Part shown: positions 28,835 to 38,186 of the stretch, in pieces
Layout: every line of letters begins with the position of its first letter
Numbering within the stretch: the first letter of the stretch is position 1
Assembly: GCA_963782525.1 (NCBI GenBank)
Contig: CAWAKC010000009.1
Coordinates: 176,727 to 240,726, forward strand
DNA: 64,000 bases
Source of the DNA: Candidatus Bathyarchaeota archaeon
GTDB taxonomy: Archaea; Thermoproteota; Bathyarchaeia; Bathyarchaeales; Bathycorpusculaceae
Direction: 5' to 3'
Program-made: the position numbers and the translations under genes
The notes under the pieces: model-generated
The model's database searches: none
Seen by the model: the letters and a program-made list of their open reading frames with translations, nothing else
What the model was told of the DNA's origin: nothing

Positions 28835-31771
28835 TTATGCTTTCTTTCTTATCATCAGGGCTAATAGCACAAAGGCTATGATGCCCATGATGAACAGAGC
28901 TGCAATTGCTGGGATGAAGTATGTGTCTGCTGCTGATGTTGCTATTGACGTTGGTGCAACGGTTGGAGTAACTGCTACGTCGCTTACGTCTATGTATGCT
29001 GTTGCTGATGATGGTCCGTAGGAGTTAGTGCCTTTGAAGTTGGCGAAAATTTGGTACATGCCTGGAACTTCTGGTGTGTATGGAAGAGCGTAGTTGCCAT
29101 TCACGTCGCTAGTAGCTGTTCCTAAAGTGACAAAGTTGCCGTTTGGATCAATAGCGGTTAATTCTACTGGGACACCGGTTGCGTTTGTTGGCTTTGCTTG
29201 TTGCTTGTATTTGTATTCCATCCAAGCGCTCATGCTTTGGTCGGATATTGCTGGGGTTCCTTGGAGTGTAAAGTCTAAGTCGTCGTTGGTGTTGTGTCTG
29301 CCCGAAGTGGTTTGGTCTGTGACTGTGCCTTTTATCATTACCTTGCCTCCAAGAAGTGCAATGTCCTGTGACGAGGTAAGTGTTGTGGCACTTGGACCTT
29401 TGCCATAAGCGTAAATCATGTTGTCAAAGTTGTCGCCGTGGACTAGAATACCGTCTGCAATCGAAACTCCTCTACCGAAAGCTAAGATCTTAAATATTTC
29501 TTGTCCGGTTGTGGCGTTGATGCAGCGTAAGTTTTCTCCACGGTACATTGGTTGAATGTTGTGGTGTTCACTTGTGGTTGTGTAGATCACTCCATTAGCG
29601 ACTGCATCGATGGTCATGGGGTAGTTGCCGTAGGGAGATTCAAAGCCTTGGTTTGTTGAGGTGTAGTTCCATAGTTGTGTTCCTGTTCGGATATCGTACG
29701 CGATAATTTGTCCGGTGTAGCTGCCGTAGCCGAGGAGTTCGTGGTTGTAAACGACTTGGCTTATGCCATAGTATTCATATTGAGCTTCTGGCGGGCTTGT
29801 CCAGAGTAGTTGGCCGCTGGTTAGATCGTAGACCCATCTTTGACATGTCTGTGGGTCAGTCCATACTAGGACGTTGTCTTCTGGGTAGACGCCTGCTAAG
29901 CCCATTCCTCCTGAGAACATGGCTGGTTTAGAGACGTTTAGTGCTGGGTCTGCGAATGGTGGTGTGTATGTCATTTCCCATAACTTTTGACCTCTGTTGG
30001 ATGCGTTCAGACCGATGCCCATCATCCATCCTTTTGTTATAGTTGTTCCGTCGTTCCATCCTTGAGTTCCAACGATCATAAAGTCATCTTGGCGTATACA
30101 TTGGATTGTGCCGTTTTCAACTGAGGGGCTTGGACCGGCTAGGCTTGGGATTGAGAAGTTCTGCGAGTAGAAGGTGGTGCCATTATGTACTATCCAGGCT
30201 TGATTGCCGCCCATGGTTGGTAGAGCTGAAGCTGTACCGAAATAGTTGTCAGATGCGCCGAAGTTGCCTCCTTGAGGTCTCCATTGCCAGTATCCTGTTC
30301 CATCCAGACTGCAAACCATTGTTCCTGCAGAAGAATTCCAAACTTGCAAGTAGTTTTGTGGATTTGATGCTGTTCCAAGGTTGACAATGTTGTAGTAAAG
30401 TATGCTTCCGTCTTGTCCATAGACATTTGTGCCAGTTGCTCCAGTTGTTACGGTGCGGCCGTCAGGTGTTCTAGTTGTTTGTGTCACGTTAGCTATGTAG
30501 CAGATGGGGTTTCTTGTCCAGCCATCAAACATTTCCCAAATAGTACCAGTGGTCACTGGTGTCTTTGTAGTGTTTATCGTGTAGTCAGAGCCAAGTAAAT
30601 GCATGTTCATGTTTGCGTCTTCCGTTGCATTCGCTACTTGGATGAGCTCAGGTAGCGTGATTGGTGCACTTGCGCCTCCGAACAAACTTGCCAGGGAGAA
30701 TCCTCCTCCAGCGCTTGGCGGGCTGTAAGTCTTCCATAGGTAGTCAAAGCCGCCCATTTGGTTTGGTGAGTTGTAGTTGTAGATTGAAGCCATATTGGGT
30801 ACGCTGTCAGAATAGTTTTGGTAAAGTGTCTCGCCTGTGTACAGGTCAAGAACTTGTAGGCCTTGGCTCAAGTGTGTAGTCATGCGTGGGGTGAAATAGA
30901 TTTTTCCGTCCATTATAATACTAGCTGTGAAGGAAACACCTTGGTAGTGTGTGGTTTCGAAAGTTTCGTCTCCAGTGCGTTGATCCATGATACCGCCGAC
31001 TGCATAAGGCTTGCTCCATAGAATGTGAGCACTCAATGGTGGTGAATCACCGTAAGCAAAGTTACCCACGTTGCCTCCGGAGCTGCCTAGTGGCCATACG
31101 CCTGAGGCACCTCCAAGCTTGTTACCCGTGAGTACGTACCATTGTCTACTGGCACTCGTTATTGGGCGCGTCCAGTAGTCGTTTGGAACAGGTGACTCAG
31201 GGAACATTGGTTGTGGTTCACTGGTTACAGTGAACGTGTCTATTGGGCTGTCAGCTGCGCTGTATAGTGTGGCTGCAAGATTTGGATAGCCTGCTTCATG
31301 TGCCTCTGTGGGGTTAGTGCTGTTTTTCCAAGTTTCGGGGAAGTGTGCTTGAATGTAGTATTTGCCGACTTGGTCAGGTGTGTAGCTCATATAATCGTTG
31401 CCGACAGGGTCACTATAGCCCATGGGCAGGGTTTCTGATGTATTGTCAGGCTTTGTGATGGTAATTGTTACGGCATCCCATCCGGCTCTACCATTAGGAG
31501 TTGTAATTAGATGTGCAGTTTCACCGACGTCCGGTGGCATGTCTTTGGTCCATGCGGTAATCATCATCTGTTGGCCGACACCGACATTAGCGACGCCTCC
31601 TCCTCCAGCGCTAGTACCAACATAGAGCCAAGTGTGAATTTTGCTTATGACTAAAGTCTTACCATTCACGTTAACAACGTCTGCGCTAACATATGCTATT
31701 GAAGCAATCATAGATAGTATTAGAATCATTGAAATTGCGGTTTTTATTTTTTTATTTTTTGATATATTCAT
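28835..31771 (-). CDS. Large secreted PQQ-type beta-propeller surface protein with C-terminal TM anchor
   Basis: Signal peptide, AYDIRTGTQLWNY and CINATTGQEIF repeats, IDPNGN Ig-like domain, TM followed by RKK. Confidence 0.85.
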   Translation of the reverse strand: MNISKNKKIKTAISMILILSMIASIAYVSADVVNVNGKTLVISKIHTWLYVGTSAGGGGVANVGVGQQMMITAWTKDMPPDVGETAHLITTPNGRAGWDAVTITITKPDNTSETLPMGYSDPVGNDYMSYTPDQVGKYYIQAHFPETWKNSTNPTEAHEAGYPNLAATLYSAADSPIDTFTVTSEPQPMFPESPVPNDYWTRPITSASRQWYVLTGNKLGGASGVWPLGSSGGNVGNFAYGDSPPLSAHILWSKPYAVGGIMDQRTGDETFETTHYQGVSFTASIIMDGKIYFTPRMTTHLSQGLQVLDLYTGETLYQNYSDSVPNMASIYNYNSPNQMGGFDYLWKTYSPPSAGGGFSLASLFGGASAPITLPELIQVANATEDANMNMHLLGSDYTINTTKTPVTTGTIWEMFDGWTRNPICYIANVTQTTRTPDGRTVTTGATGTNVYGQDGSILYYNIVNLGTASNPQNYLQVWNSSAGTMVCSLDGTGYWQWRPQGGNFGASDNYFGTASALPTMGGNQAWIVHNGTTFYSQNFSIPSLAGPSPSVENGTIQCIRQDDFMIVGTQGWNDGTTITKGWMMGIGLNASNRGQKLWEMTYTPPFADPALNVSKPAMFSGGMGLAGVYPEDNVLVWTDPQTCQRWVYDLTSGQLLWTSPPEAQYEYYGISQVVYNHELLGYGSYTGQIIAYDIRTGTQLWNYTSTNQGFESPYGNYPMTIDAVANGVIYTTTSEHHNIQPMYRGENLRCINATTGQEIFKILAFGRGVSIADGILVHGDNFDNMIYAYGKGPSATTLTSSQDIALLGGKVMIKGTVTDQTTSGRHNTNDDLDFTLQGTPAISDQSMSAWMEYKYKQQAKPTNATGVPVELTAIDPNGNFVTLGTATSDVNGNYALPYTPEVPGMYQIFANFKGTNSYGPSSATAYIDVSDVAVTPTVAPTSIATSAADTYFIPAIAALFIMGIIAFVLLALMIRKKA

Positions 31772-31974
31772 TTCTTTTTCTTTCCTTTTGTATTTTTTTC
31801 GGATAGGTGAACGCCCATCCGTTAGTGGTTACTATCGAACAAGAAGTATATTAAATCAATCAGAATATAGGAAAAGAAGATTTCTTTAATTTATATAATA
31901 AATTTTCTATTCAATTGTTAAGAAATAAAATTTCAAATTATTGACTCATATGATAAAGCATCAAGCAACCAAAT

Positions 31975-32771
31975 TTAGTGTACAACCATTTTTCGCCAAA
32001 CCACAACAACTAAAGCAGCCGCCAAAATGGCAATAACAACAGCCATAGCGATTAAGGCAGTTTGCTCCAAGTTAGAACCAAAAAGCACATTAGTGAATAT
32101 GTTGGGCTGGCTTGGGGTTGCCGTGGGAGTTTGTTGAGGTGATATAGTTGCTGTTGGATATGGCGCAAATGTTGGAGTTGACCCTGTTTTAGGCGCTTGA
32201 GTGGGGGTTGTGGTGATGGCGTTGCCAATGGTTATGTCTGTACGTTACTCCAGTCGCTTTGATCAACTTTGTTGAAATGAACTGAGCCACAATAAGCTGA
32301 ATCCGACGCGGGATAACCTGAAACAGCCGCTAACTGAAAATCGATTTGACCACCCTGCTGAACACCCCAATAGCTAAAGTCGATAGACACCACCGTCGAA
32401 GCGGAAGTAGTGGATGCTGGTACACCACTCGTTACGTGAACGCTACTGCTTGTCCAATCATCAAAGTGCCTCTTAGAACGAACGCTGTAGTATAGACCGA
32501 CAGTGTTGTTGTTGGCATCCAAATATGGTGTAAACAGCCGGATCTGAATCGTAACATCGATTGTTCGATTATCGACATGGCTGCCGCCGCTGGTGATGAT
32601 GGTTTGTCCAGTGTAGGCGTCTTTTGCGTAGGTCGGGGGTATATCGTAGGAGTGGTCGACGTATTCCACGGTAAATTCTGGCACAGAAGGTTTAGCCCCC
32701 AAAGCCAATGCAGAGTGAATAAGCAACATAGAAGAAGCTGCTAAAAGAAAAACAACCAGAACCGTAAACAC
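31975..32771 (-). CDS. Secreted protein (PSVPEFT family); frameshift at about 32234 separates the Thr/Pro linker and TM anchor
   Basis: ORF 32232-32771 ends WSNVQT*; adding one A gives QTITIGN...TPTATPSQ...TM...RKMVVH* ending at 31975. Confidence 0.75.
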
Positions 32772-32922
32772 CTTATTGGATTCAATACCATAGCCTAAAC
32801 TGCTACAGCAATAAAAGCTAATCAGTAATGAAACCTTGACAAACTTTAGACAAAAATTCTTGAGCTATAATTTGTTTTTCTTTACAAACAAGCTTTTATC
32901 CGCACTTAACCTGTAATAGGAC

Positions 32923-33649
32923 ATGCGAACACAAGTTGCTTTGCTACTCATTTTTGTTTTGTTTGCGTCGGGGTTGATTTTGGTTAAACCTGTATCTACT
33001 CAAACTATCCCCTCGGTTCCAGAGTTCACCCTTAAACTTGAAGTTGACACCCACGACGTTGTGAATGAATCAGGCACTTTTCACATAGAAGTAAGATTCG
33101 TTGACGTCGTCATCAAAAACACCACGTCATATTCATTCTACGCTGTCGTTAATGACAGCATCGTAAAATTATACTACAATATCCACGTAAAGGGGTATAC
33201 GCAAGATTGGGCAGATGCAATCATCTCCGGAAACCTTGCGCCACAAAATAACGGAACAACAGTGAAATTTGGGCTCGGCAACAACAACCCCGACCCAGGC
33301 GGCTGGAGCATCTGGCTCGACGGAATAGCTAACGAAAGCCAATTAGATTTTCAAGTCCGAGCCGTCAACGGTTTCTACACGCAAATCGCAGGGACAAGCC
33401 TCAACTGCTGGAGAAACCCAAACTTCAGCATCTTCAACGAAACAGGCAGAAGTGCATGGAGCGAAACACAAACAATAACCATTCCGAACGGTTCAGCCTT
33501 TGAGTCTGTAACTTCAACTCCAACAGGGATATTTTCTAGCTAATTTGCTTCTGCCAGTGAGCATAGTTGTTGCCGCAAGTGTAATAGCGTTCCTCGTAAG
33601 CGCACTAACATACCTTATAAAGCACGGAAAAACAAAGCAGAGTCTCTAG
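32923..33649 (+). CDS. Paralogous secreted protein (PSVPEFT family); frameshift at about 33527 separates the TM anchor
   Basis: PSVPEFT, DFQV, WSETQTITI. The +1 frame continues GYFLANLLLPVSIVVAASVIAFLVSALTYLIKHGK...* to 33649. Confidence 0.75.
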
Positions 33650-33879
33650 CTGACCCTTCGCCTGCCCAATACAGAAAAACAACATTTTATTAGCCAAAAC
33701 CCCTCAACGCAGCCTACAAAAATATTATTTGGAGATAAATGTTTATTCGGAAATTTCTTTGAATGTTACGGTGGTTTCTCGCGGTATCGTTTTTTGTGTT
33801 ATCTGGTATTTTTTCTTCTTTTTATTTGTCATAGACAAGCTTAAGATTGGATTAACGCTTTATATCTTGTGTTTTTCTG

Positions 33880-34443
33880 TTAGGATTTGTAAAGCTTGGG
33901 GTCCAGGAGTGCAAAGTTGTTGCCGCCAGCATGGTAGAGCAAGCGGGCTTTTTTGAGGTCGTAGCCGGCTTCGGAAAAGACACCTATGTCTGCATATGCT
34001 TCAAGGATTTTGCCGACGAAAATGGTGTGGTCGCCTGTAGTGAATTGTCCGTCCACTTCACACTCTAAATGAGCGATACATTCGCGGATTGCTGGCGCCT
34101 TAATTTTTTTGCCGGGCAGTTGGGTAAGGTTGGCTTTTTTGAATTTCTCAAAGCTTCTGCCTGTTAAGGAGCCGCATGAATAAACTGCTTGGAGGATTTC
34201 CATTGTTGGGATGTTTACCGTGAATTCACCTGATTCTTCGATTAGGGTGTGGCTGTGGCGGGTGGGTGCAAGGCTGATGGCGAGGAGCGGGGGGTTGATT
34301 GAGGTCGGCATCGCCCAAGCGACCGTGGTTACATTGGGTTTGTTGGCTTTTCCAATGCAGGAAACCAGAACGGTGTGCATGGGGTGAAGAAGCCGGTAAG
34401 CTGAGTTGATGTTAACTTGAGTTTTTGCTGACACATAAACCAC
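33880..34443 (-). CDS. Flavin reductase family protein
   Basis: GEFTVNIP, CGSLTGR, AHLEC, GDHTIFVG. Confidence 0.9.
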   Translation of the reverse strand: MVYVSAKTQVNINSAYRLLHPMHTVLVSCIGKANKPNVTTVAWAMPTSINPPLLAISLAPTRHSHTLIEESGEFTVNIPTMEILQAVYSCGSLTGRSFEKFKKANLTQLPGKKIKAPAIRECIAHLECEVDGQFTTGDHTIFVGKILEAYADIGVFSEAGYDLKKARLLYHAGGNNFALLDPKLYKS

Positions 34444-34513
34444 CTTTATAAACAGAAAGATGGTGTTTGCCGAGTTTATTTCTCTTTCTTTATTTCAAAA
34501 TGTGATTTTCGAG

Positions 34514-35284
34514 TTAAACTTGCGGCACTGCTTCTGAAGGCGCTTTTGAATCCGATTTAGGTTTACGAAGTTGAGACCGCAAATCAATAACTGTCGTTCC
34601 TGCGAACTTGTCAAAGTACCTCATGAATGCGGTATTTTTAATACGCCAACCTATAAGCAAGTCAAAAGGCAGCAACGGCAATACTTTGCCAAAGTTCCGT
34701 ACAGCAGCATGGTCGTAGGACATTTTTTTGCCGTCGGTTCTGACCACCTTTAAACCTATGACACGTTTGCCTATGCTTTGACCGTTGAATCCTTCAAGTA
34801 AAGTGGAGTAGAGCCAAAGAAGCCCAATGGTAATGAACAATAATGCGCTTATTCTGTTACTTAAGAAACCGGGAGTAGAAATCGAAAGGATGTCTGGTAA
34901 GAATGTGATTGCCGCCGTAATTGCAAAAATTAATGCAAAATCAAATAAGAATGCAATAGCTCGGTTTCTGAAAGATGCAAGCGGAAGTGTACTTGCCTTA
35001 CCTTGGACATCAGCGACTTCAGCCCAACCTTCAACATCGTGAATAACTCGGACTGCACTTTCGCCTGCTCTGCTTAATTTGTATTTGCCACTGGATGTTT
35101 GCTCTATGAACGGTGACAGCGCTCGGAGGTGAAAGCTAAGCTTTCCAGTATCCACCTTCAGCAGATTTAGCAAGTCAGTAAAAGATGACTCGCCGTTATC
35201 GCTAAGGTCCAGTAATATTTCCCTTCGCAACGGATGCGAAAGGACCGAAAGTATCTTCGAGACGTTTCCTTGATCTACTGACAT
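34514..35284 (-). CDS. ArsR-type wHTH fused to RDD membrane domain
   Basis: SHPLRREIL...LSFHLRAL, then RAIAFLFD, GQSIGKRVIGLKVV, D..AGTTVI. Confidence 0.85.
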   Translation of the reverse strand: MSVDQGNVSKILSVLSHPLRREILLDLSDNGESSFTDLLNLLKVDTGKLSFHLRALSPFIEQTSSGKYKLSRAGESAVRVIHDVEGWAEVADVQGKASTLPLASFRNRAIAFLFDFALIFAITAAITFLPDILSISTPGFLSNRISALLFITIGLLWLYSTLLEGFNGQSIGKRVIGLKVVRTDGKKMSYDHAAVRNFGKVLPLLPFDLLIGWRIKNTAFMRYFDKFAGTTVIDLRSQLRKPKSDSKAPSEAVPQV

Positions 35285-35446
35285 ATTTCAAAACCAATCG
35301 CTTAGTAATCAATAATAATTCATGGGTGAACGGTTTTGGCATATAGCCCATTAAAAACCACTTCTCACATATAAGTTCCACTCAAAAAAAGTCCATTAAA
35401 ATAAGACCTAGTTTTAATAGCTAAAAAATGCCTATTTAACAATTAT

Positions 35447-36346
35447 ATGTCAAGCGCTGAAGTAGCCGTCCGCGTATTCAAAGAACTGGAAATTGAAGAC
35501 TTCCGAATCCTCAACATTATCGAGGCAGGTATGAGCAAACATGAATTTGTCCCCAAAGAACAAATCCAGAGATATTCCAAATTGCCTATGGACCGTATAA
35601 ACTTCACTTTGGGCAAACTAAACAAGTTGGGCTTGACGTATCGAACAAAAGAAACATACAACGGACACACCCTAAATTACGCAGGATACGACTGCCTCGC
35701 CATAAATGCACTTGTTAAAGCAGGGATAATTGAATCGTTTGGGCAATCTTTAGGAGTTGGAAAAGAAGCAGACGTCTATGACGCATTAAACGCAGATGGT
35801 AAACGCATAGCCGTCAAATTTCATCGATTGGGCAGGATAAGTTTTAGGCAAACAAGACGCACAAGAGGGTACACACGAGAACACTCCACATGGCTTTTTC
35901 AATCGCATGTCGCAGCGGAAAAAGAGTTCCAAGCCATGATGTTGGCGTATGATAACGGTGTTTCTGTTCCAGAGCCTATCAGCCAAAATCGCCATGTCGT
36001 TGCTATGGGAATGATTGAGGGCGCCCAACTTTCAAAGTACAAAGACATAGGAAATCCAGAGAAAGTTCTAAAAGAAATATTGCGCAACCTCAGAAAAGCT
36101 TACCTTAAAGCCCACCTTATTCACGCCGACATCAGCGACTACAACATCATTCTAAAGCCAGACGGTCACATTCTTATCATTGATTGGCCTCAAGCAGTTA
36201 AAACCGATCATGCTAACGCGGCGGAACTGCTGGATAGAGATATTAAAAATGTGCTGACTTTTTTCAGCCGCAAGTTTAGCGTAGATTTAGCTGCAGAAAC
36301 AGCCTGCAAGTATGTTACCGGAAAAGCCCGAAGCTTTACGTTTTAG
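35447..36346 (+). CDS. rio2: RIO2 serine/threonine kinase
   Basis: GYDCLA, GVGKEADVY, KFHRLGRISF, IHADISDYNI, IDWPQ. Confidence 0.95.
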   Translation: MSSAEVAVRVFKELEIEDFRILNIIEAGMSKHEFVPKEQIQRYSKLPMDRINFTLGKLNKLGLTYRTKETYNGHTLNYAGYDCLAINALVKAGIIESFGQSLGVGKEADVYDALNADGKRIAVKFHRLGRISFRQTRRTRGYTREHSTWLFQSHVAAEKEFQAMMLAYDNGVSVPEPISQNRHVVAMGMIEGAQLSKYKDIGNPEKVLKEILRNLRKAYLKAHLIHADISDYNIILKPDGHILIIDWPQAVKTDHANAAELLDRDIKNVLTFFSRKFSVDLAAETACKYVTGKARSFTF

Positions 36347-36591
36347 TGCTTGTTGGGATCCATAACTATGTAGAGTATGTTGTTTCCCCTTAGCAACACG
36401 TTTCCATAGTTAGTCATTAATTGGTCTTCTTTGAATTCTGTGGCGCCTTCCAAGAGAATGTTCATGTGGCCATCGCATTTTATCATTTTTCCCTTGTATT
36501 CATAGCCGTTTTTCAGAACAACTTCGATATTGCCATGCAATTGTTTAATGAGAACGTTTAGTGGTTTTTTACTTGGTTCCATCATCGTCAT
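36343..36591 (-). CDS. Sm-like archaeal protein (Lsm/SmAP)
   Basis: KPL, LKNG.EYKG, DGHMNILL, YGNVLLRGNNILYI. ATG at 36591. Confidence 0.93.
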   Translation of the reverse strand: MTMMEPSKKPLNVLIKQLHGNIEVVLKNGYEYKGKMIKCDGHMNILLEGATEFKEDQLMTNYGNVLLRGNNILYIVMDPNKH

Positions 36592-36807
36592 TTTTGGGTC
36601 CCTGTCTATTCTTGTTAATATGCAAGAACTCCATACCAAATATAAAAGTCTTATGAAAACGCTCAAACGATAAATAAACAAAAAATGGATAAAAAAGGTG
36701 GAGAAGGCTTTATTTGAGAGAAATAGCCATAAAACTTGTCCTTTTTGAATCTTGAAAAAGGGTAACTAAGTAAGTAACTTAAAAAAAGGAAGTGGAAATT
36801 TGCGAAA

Positions 36808-37059
36808 CTACAACTTAGTCAATATCGACAACGCTGCAACGACGAGAAAAGCTATACCTGTCCAGAACAAATCGCCCGTGAGGAAATAGACAACGATGGC
36901 TGCTAGAATTGCGGGGATGAGTACAAGGAATATTTTGATAAGAACGATGATTATCAAACCAATTATTACCAGTACGATAAGGAAAGTGAGGTCTAACCCA
37001 CCAAGCCCTAAACTGCTCAAGATAGAGTAGATAAAAGCCATTGCAATTGCGAAATTCAT
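36808..37059 (-). CDS. Small hydrophobic membrane protein
   Basis: Almost entirely hydrophobic ORF with an SD-like GAGGAG upstream. Confidence 0.7.
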   Translation of the reverse strand: MNFAIAMAFIYSILSSLGLGGLDLTFLIVLVIIGLIIIVLIKIFLVLIPAILAAIVVYFLTGDLFWTGIAFLVVAALSILTKL

Positions 37060-37121
37060 TAAAACTCCTCATAAAAAATTAGGGCAACTAGGTAATAAGC
37101 CTTATCCAAAGTAGTATAACG

Positions 37122-37640
37122 CTAAATTTTAGCGCTCATTTTTGATTTGATTTTTGGAAGAACTTCTTTTTGGAACTGAACCATACCAAACGCCGTTATT
37201 CTAAATCGCTCGTCAGCCGTCTTAGCCGCAAAATCGGATTTGACAAATTCGCCCAGTCTAGTACTGGTTATTTTGCCGCTTTTCCCCAATTTAGTCTGCA
37301 ACTCTTCCTTTGACAAAGAATCACAATTAGCTAAACCAAGCTTATGCCCCAAATAATAGCCTGCAAACCAAACCAACAAAGTCTCATTATCTGTCAACTT
37401 GTTCGTGGGCACCAACAAACTTACGCCGTCCCCAGAAAAAGCCACGATACCGTTAAGGTCGTTAGCAAGCTGCGTAATATCCACGTTCAGCCAGAGTTTT
37501 TGTGCAATCGCAAAAGAAGGAATCATATCATTAAAGAAGTCGTTTAAGAGTAACCATGCTTCTTGTGGGTCAGCGGAAAACTGCTGCTCAACACCTTTGT
37601 ACTTTATTTGAACTTGGATTTTTTCGGGTTTAACGCTCAC
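37122..37640 (-). CDS. Hypothetical protein with C-terminal wHTH-like region
   Basis: ELQTKLG...STRLGEFVK...FRITAFG; overlaps its upstream paralog. Confidence 0.7.
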   Translation of the reverse strand: MSVKPEKIQVQIKYKGVEQQFSADPQEAWLLLNDFFNDMIPSFAIAQKLWLNVDITQLANDLNGIVAFSGDGVSLLVPTNKLTDNETLLVWFAGYYLGHKLGLANCDSLSKEELQTKLGKSGKITSTRLGEFVKSDFAAKTADERFRITAFGMVQFQKEVLPKIKSKMSAKI

Positions 37641-38106
37641 TCATCTTGCCCCTAAGCTTGGAGAGAACATCATCCTCAACCCATTTCTCCCCTTGAATTG
37701 TCAGTTTGAATTCTGGTTTGTTTGGGTCGGGTTTGAAGACTTGGCCGTGTTTGGTCATTTCGTTGAGGCGTGCAGGCACCATGCTTTTTATGCCGCTGGA
37801 TTCCAAGAGTTTCTGGACTTGCGCAGCGGTGTTTCTTCTCTCTTCTGAAGCGTACAGCACTAAGCCGACGGCTTCATAGTGTGTGAGGTTTTCACGTGTT
37901 ACAATAACGGGGCCTTCGGTTGTGGGTTCGATGATGCCTTTTAGTTGGGCTCCTGACGACGTTAAGCGGTTGGAGACAAAATCTGAGAGTTTCTCCACAA
38001 AGTTCTCTGGAATACTTTCAAGCATGTTCATAATGTCTTGGGGGTTTTCGCCTTCGATGACGACTTCGCCGAACTGGGTTTTAATGTGTGCTTCGATGCG
38101 TTTCAT
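37630..38106 (-). CDS. Hypothetical protein with C-terminal wHTH-like region
   Basis: QVQKLL...PARLNEMTK...FKLTIQGEKWVE. Confidence 0.72.
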   Translation of the reverse strand: MKRIEAHIKTQFGEVVIEGENPQDIMNMLESIPENFVEKLSDFVSNRLTSSGAQLKGIIEPTTEGPVIVTRENLTHYEAVGLVLYASEERRNTAAQVQKLLESSGIKSMVPARLNEMTKHGQVFKPDPNKPEFKLTIQGEKWVEDDVLSKLRGKMSER

Positions 38107-38186
38107 AAGCTATCCTCGTTTACATGCTATACTCTAAGTATCAATTTAGGATTTGTGGCTAATATCTTCTTTTAACATGAAAAAAG

